From Phoronis australis (Eukaryota > Animalia > Phoronida): a stretch of DNA of 64,000 nt. Where the stretch lies: the NCBI GenBank assembly GCA_002633005.1, contig NMRA01000015.1, positions 689,748 to 753,747 of the forward strand, read 5' to 3'. This document shows positions 57,823 to 64,000 of the stretch, in pieces. The stretch's first letter is position 1. Each line of letters begins with the position of its first letter. Below the pieces are notes generated by a model, which did no database searches, had not been told where the DNA came from, and saw only the letters and a program-made list of their open reading frames with translations. The translations under genes and the position numbers were made by a program.

Positions 57823-60800
57823 GTTAGTCACTGTCTAGATTAAGAAAGGAGCCAATCTATTGATATGCTATCTTAGCTAGACTCAACTGTTGATACAGTG
57901 GCCTGGTGACACTGATTCTCTTATCAGTAATCTACCTGTACATTTCACTCAGGCACTGAACTCTTCACTAGGGAATTAGGTCAATAAGGTGCTAGTGCAG
58001 GATATGTTAATACAGTGATATTATACAGAAGTTATACAGTCCAGTGCTTTCAAAGTGATTTCAAGCTGAACTAGACTGTTTATTACATTTTAATATCATG
58101 TTTGAGTATTACCACAGAAGTGCTGTGACATTGGTGTTGACTATGGCCAGTGACTGATAGTGATGCATGTTAAAAAGCCTGCATGAATTACAGCAGCAAA
58201 TAGACGTGACTGGGCTGGGCACCAAAATTTACTAAAGGCTCCACTTGTCTCCACTTCTGTCATTATCACATTTTTGAGGTTTTGTTTTTTACTCAAAACA
58301 TTGTGCAGAGATTTCGGGGGAGGGGGGGAAACTTTCAGATGTTCGGAATGGGCAAAGGAACAATTGGAAGAAATAGTTTATGGTCATACAATAAACATTT
58401 GTAATGCAAAGTGATATATAAGTGTCATTTGGTTATTTCAATGCATCCGCAAGCTGCTAAATAGCAACTAGTTTATTGCATGCCATTAAGTATGCACAAA
58501 TGAAGTGTATTGAAAGTCAGTGAACTTTTTTGTGTTTGAAAACACATGGTCTGTACAATAGATGGTGGGATGTGTAATTGCTTTGATTCATCTGGTTCTT
58601 TATATTTTATGGTTAATTGAAAACTCATATGACATCACACTCCGGATGACTAAAAAGGCTTACAACACTTCCAAATTCGGTTAGGTGCTGTCACGCAGTG
58701 GTAAAGTAGGGCTTGCTAGCAAAGGGTCTATTTGCAATGAGATCCCCGTTACTTCTCAAAAATGGGGAATTAAAATCGCGCTTAACCATAACAACAGTCA
58801 AGATGGATGTGTGAGTGCTCAATACGGAGAATTATTGACTCTGACTTATGAGTATATAGCTTCAAAATCAGATCTAATCATAATTCTCCATTACGGCAAT
58901 ATAAAGATTGCCCTGTAGGTGGAGTTTGGAGCACTAATGTACTCCCCCCCCTTCCCCAGGGCTCTCACTCGCAATGTTTTTAACAAATTCACCAGTGTAT
59001 AGTGGAGAATGTGTAACGGTACATATCTTACAATTTTTGTTAAATGAACATTTTACTAGCAATACATGACTATTGATCGACTGCAAATATTTCTTCAGCT
59101 GTTTTTTGTATACAAAACATATTCTTTGTTGAAACTCAAGCTTCGTTTTCACAATGTTCCCAATAGCCGTCCATGAAATATTTGGTCATATATTGACAGT
59201 GCATTCATTTCTGGATTTGCAACTACAATTTTGTCATCATCAGAAATCAGATTTAGTGAGAATAGTATGTGAAACTAAATCAGGTACATCTCATTTTATG
59301 GGTTGGATGAAGGGTCATATGTCATCAATCAACATACTACATTATTACAAAAATTAATATATTTCACTAGTTATATTTGACAAATGCATATTATAAATAA
59401 CAATGTGAGATGAGAAATCATGCTGCATTTCTTGGCATCTTTTTTTACCTCTGATGCCTGTGAGTCCTGATTTCCCATACTGTACTTATAAACTTGATAA
59501 TCAGTTTCACTCTGAGACCAGTTTGAGACCAGTTGAGTCACCAAACTGTTGGCTGCTCACCACCTTGAGTTCATTAGTCTAAATATCATATATATTTTTT
59601 CCAGCTGTGAATCGGACTGTTCTTCTCAGTGGTGATAAAAAATCCAGACATGTTATTTGTTGTTGGTCTCGTTGAACGTGACCTCATGCGGATTTATAGC
59701 CTAGTTGCTGGTTAGTTGGCATAGGGTAGCAGTTTTCGGCAGCTTGTAGTCGCTGATGGTTGGGTTGGTCGCATGAGTCTTCTGAGTATTTGGTTTGTGG
59801 AGACAGGTTTTTAAGATGTTCTAATTTGCATTGAAGAGGATAGTTGAGCAGCTGGTGGCTTTTAGTTTGAACATGTTCTGTTTGTTTGGCACATAATTGG
59901 TGAAAAGGGCAGTTGTGTCAACTAATTTTTGATTCCAGCTAGAACAACAAGTACCTGGTCTTTTGTAAATCTTTAAACCAGGCTCTGCTTTTTTCCGTTG
60001 CTGTAGATAACTGTTAATGATTTTCCATTTGTGTATTGATGATGGTTCATGGAAAAGCAGGTATTTGACTTCCGTTTGTTTTGTATTGTTCAGTGTTTTT
60101 CTCTACAGTATTTTTTCATGTATTTAGGACAGAGCATGAGAAAGATATGAAAACTTAAGTTTATTGTGCAGTTGTCATAAAACTACATTTGTTTTCGGCA
60201 CAGCTAGGTAATATTTTCGAAATTTAGAAAAATAAGAATTTTGACTATTGAGCAAAGTAAGTTCACTCGTTACCATAAATTAGGTTTTGAAATCCATTTG
60301 TGATTTGCATGGTATTTCAATTTTTAAAATTTACTTACACTGGTGTTTTTGTGTTTCCAAAATGTGGTTACCCAATTGGCCTTGAAAAAAATCTAAATTG
60401 CTTTGAAACTGCTTTAGTTGTTTTCTTTTTCTCTGCTCACAGCCATGAAGAATCTCTGATTGTTATTCTATCTCCTGCCTTGTTTACATTTCGGTTTCCT
60501 TCTGTCCACAAAACACTAGTGTGAGAGCACAAACAAGCTTGTTTTACTGTTTTACATTTGCTTTCCATTTAGCAAGCTGAGCTCACTACCAATATGTAAA
60601 CATTCAACTATCTGTCTATTGTGTTCTCCTGTGGTCTCTGGGGATTCCATGTAAATGTCCTGCTCGGAAAAAAACAGGGGCCAAGTTGTTTGTGGTTTAC
60701 CAGCAAAGCGTAAATCCATCTAGACATCTTATTCCTGCCATCTCTACCTAGCTCAGACTGGTGTTGGTTTGCCTTAGGGTTGTTTCAGTTGACTTGATAT

Positions 60801-62137
60801 AGGTGTTGCCCTTGTGCTGCTCCTTTGTGTCTCAAACAGTTAACAGAAGCTCATGTATTGAGTAGCCTCTTTATACTTTCTACCAGTTCCAGTGACAGAA
60901 GTAGTCATTGAAACTTTATTTTGTGGACCATGAAAAAGTTGTGGCTGTGAAACACTGTTTATCTAACCTGGCATTGGGTGATGGATGAAGTTTGAAAAAG
61001 AAGTTAATTTATGCAAGACGGATATAAATCAGGTCATTTCGTTTGCTTAAGTCTCCTTTTGAGGATAACATTTTCATAGGATTTGTGACGAATTTTCTTG
61101 ATTGTGTTTCTATGTAAGGTTTGCTGCATAAGTTAACAGTTTGCCTTTTTGCAGAATATTGCCGGCTGTCTATAGAAGCAGTCATACTAACAAATAGAAG
61201 TTCAAGTGAGCTCAGTTAATTTTAGCTAATTACGACAACTCCTTGCTAGAGTTTTTCCAGTTGATCTATCACTGAGGACAACTGGTCAACCATGTATAGA
61301 ATTACAACTGGAGTGAAGTGACCTGGACATATTCACAGCAGATTAATTTTTATAGGTTCACCAGCGCCTGTCATTACAAGTAGCAGTGTGGTCATCTACC
61401 TGTCTTGTGAAGCTCTTCACAAACCACCACCACCACCCCACACACACACATGATTAGACACAGGCTTACTCTGGCAGTAGTCTAATGTTTAGGAAGCCTA
61501 GTGATTGACTGCAAACCTGTTGGCTGGCTGTGTAATTAGATTTATGTCCACTTAGCTGAATTTACACATGCCTAAAGTATGACTGGCATTTAATAATTGA
61601 ACAGCTTGTCCAACCTGAGCCCTGATGTGTTCGGGATGTTTGTTTTTTAGTTAAAGAGTGACTTGAAAGGACAGTTGATTCTTTATGTTGTGAATTCACC
61701 GTGTTAGTGGAGGTGTTTTCGTTGATGGTATAAATCTCAGAATTATCTGCTTTTGGTGGAAAAAGTGCCTAAGGATAAGTGAGCTGCCAACTTGTCTATA
61801 GGATGTAGTCTCACACTGGAGTCAACTTTTGCCTGGAATACGCAAAGAGAGTTTTGAGATAAAAAGTGACATTGGCTGTGATGGAGAATTTCGGAGTGCA
61901 TCGACAATTTGTAACACATCCTGGATCGAGTTTGTAAAATGGATCATTCATTGCAAACTGGATAGTTTTGTGTGAAAAGATGAAATTAAAGACTTTCATC
62001 TCAGACCCACCTCATGATCGTCCACACACACTTTCTGTTCATGGATCTCAAGCTTTAGAAGGTTAGTATTGCCTCAACTTCAGCACTAATTGCCAGTTTT
62101 GTGATTTCACAATTGTGTATAATCACAAAATTAATCG

Positions 62138-62232
62138 TAATACAATGACACAATTATTCATAATACAAGTAATACAATGACACAATTATTCATAATACAA
62201 GTAATACAATGACACAATTATTCATAATACAA
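62138..62232. repeat. Tandem repeat, 32-bp unit AATACAATGACACAATTATTCATAATACAAGT, 3 copies
   Basis: Directly visible. Confidence 0.9.
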
Positions 62233-64000
62233 CGACCTTTTCAGAAATAAGTAATGACGGGATTACTTACATTTTCCTATGTTTATTAATTAATAAAGGT
62301 TTGTGTAGAAAGGCATTACATGTAAATATGGCTGGGGGTGAGGTAGTTGCTTTTGCATCAGTTGTTCTTATAGTGCCTGATGTCTAAATATTTCCTTTGC
62401 TAAAATCACTGCGGTTGAAAATGATTGAAGTCCTAATTGTCATTAGTCTAGTGTTCATTGTAGCTAGTTACTTTTGATACTGTGGCTTCAACTACTTGTT
62501 AAGGCAGACTAATTTATATAGCTTGATACCGAAGTTACAGTCAAAATCCAGGACAGAAACCACAGGGAAAGAATACAAAACTTTTTTCTTCAAAGTTTTT
62601 ACTAATTGAGAATAAACCTGTCAATCTTTTTGTATACCACTGATTTTTTTCATTTTAACATTTAGATTCTGCCAGAAATATAAACTGCATGGCCTCGTTT
62701 TTGTTGTTTTTCGTCTCGTAGGAACCTTTATAGGCATATAAACACATGATGACCTGTAGACCTGTCAGTAAAGGGTCAGTCAATTGTCTGGCATACTTTT
62801 TGTTGTGCAGTACCTATACTGTTTAATGCAGGCTCCCATCTACAACATCATTTAATAGGCAGGTCAAGTATTTGAACTATGCCGCAGCCAAAAGGCACCA
62901 CACTCATGCCTGCACATGTCCCATGTGTGAAATCTTATTTTATTGCTGCTCAGACTAGTTGAAATTGTCATCTTCTTCACACATTGTTGAGTCTTTGATC
63001 CTACTGTCATCTATTAACACTTCCTTAGGAAATCTGTTAATGTACCAGTTGATGTGTTTTGTAATATTGTGCTCATCACTCAAAGTATTGCTCAAGGGAA
63101 TAACTTAGCTGTAAAGTGTGTGATGGATTTATTATACTAGATGTAAGTGGTTTGTTAAGAACATCACAGTTCTCAATGCACTTTGCTCTGTGACTGCCAC
63201 CAATGAAGATCCTTCATGTATTGGATTGTCTGATGTGTATTCTGCAAATGACAAAGAAATGTCTTACAGAGCTGCTGCACAACCTATGGCATACAAGTGA
63301 AATTGTTTTCCAAACTTTTCAACAAAAACATTAAAAGTTGTAGTCGATGATTATCGTGGATTGAATATTTAGTAAAGTTGTAATTATTTGTAGGTAGGAA
63401 GTAGCAGCCTTTGAACAATAAAAAAATAACAATTGTGGGAAATATTTGGTGTGACATTAGTGAAAATTCATTGTACCAGTCTCACTGTACCTGTCTTGTG
63501 AGATTAACACATGAAGGACATAGTATTCAAACAAGAATAAGTAAAAGACTGTCCCATCCTTGTAACTAGGCTAGGTATGCTTTTTAAATTGGTAATACAT
63601 ATATAATCGTACAAGAGTCTTTGGTTTATGACATGGGCAAAACCTCTTGAAAATTTCGTCAAAATCCCAAGGCTTGCCGAGGGATTTTGATGAAATTTCG
63701 AAGAGGTTTTGCCCATGTCATCAATCTGAGAGGGATGTAGGATTTTTTTTCTCACAGGAACTGTAAAAACAACCTGTTTTGCTGAAAAACTCGACTTTCA
63801 ACCACATGATGCAACTTCAGTGAAAACACACTTGTGCAATGTAAAGTAATTCAGTTACTTTTTGTCAATAGTTATATTTTAAGCTTAACAATTGTAAATT
63901 GCATTCAGCTTTTTTAGCAAATGTTCAAGTTATAATCTAATAAATAGTCTTTGAAATCGTAATATTAAAACTTAAAAAAATGTTTATAAATAACAGTCAA

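Noticed and set aside
57823-57831. ORF-track N-terminal extension MTN of the AKR
   Set aside because: It starts at GTG overlapping a splice acceptor; the ATG at 57822 matches the usual AKR1 N-terminus.
58206-58215. Antioxidant response element-like GTGACTGGGC upstream of the AKR
   Set aside because: A single short degenerate match is expected by chance, and the AKR promoter position is unknown.
59605-61210. Additional + strand exons after acceptor-like sites at 59604 and 61154
   Set aside because: The frames are short or stop quickly and the peptides are unrecognisable; not supportable without transcripts.

Overview
AT-rich eukaryotic (metazoan) genomic DNA, most consistent with a marine invertebrate such as a mollusc or other lophotrochozoan (inferred from repeat families and gene structure, not proven). 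There are no prokaryotic operons, CRISPR arrays, rRNA or intact tRNA genes. Three coding loci are supported. (1) A 9-exon + strand serine beta-lactamase-like/family VIII esterase gene (413..20654, 429 aa), assembled by hand from GT-AG splice sites and mostly invisible to the ORF track. (2) A + strand 285-aa basic, low-complexity ORF of unknown function (28174..29031) behind a splice acceptor. (3) An intronless - strand AKR1-type aldo-keto reductase (56875..57822, 315 aa). There is weaker evidence for a divergent gene starting at the left edge, and for an unannotated long + strand gene starting near 31.87 kb whose intron would host the AKR in antisense. The remainder is intron or intergenic DNA rich in non-autonomous DNA transposons (Kolobok-like, including one copy with THAP and KolX-like remnants; Harbinger-like; hAT-like; Helentron-type), decayed RTE-X-like LINE fragments and minisatellites, one with a higher-order repeat structure. 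I found no firmly demonstrable novel multi-gene system. The best leads are the divergent nested AKR retrocopy, the orphan ORF with a possibly MITE-derived poly(A) signal, and the motif-variant serine hydrolase.
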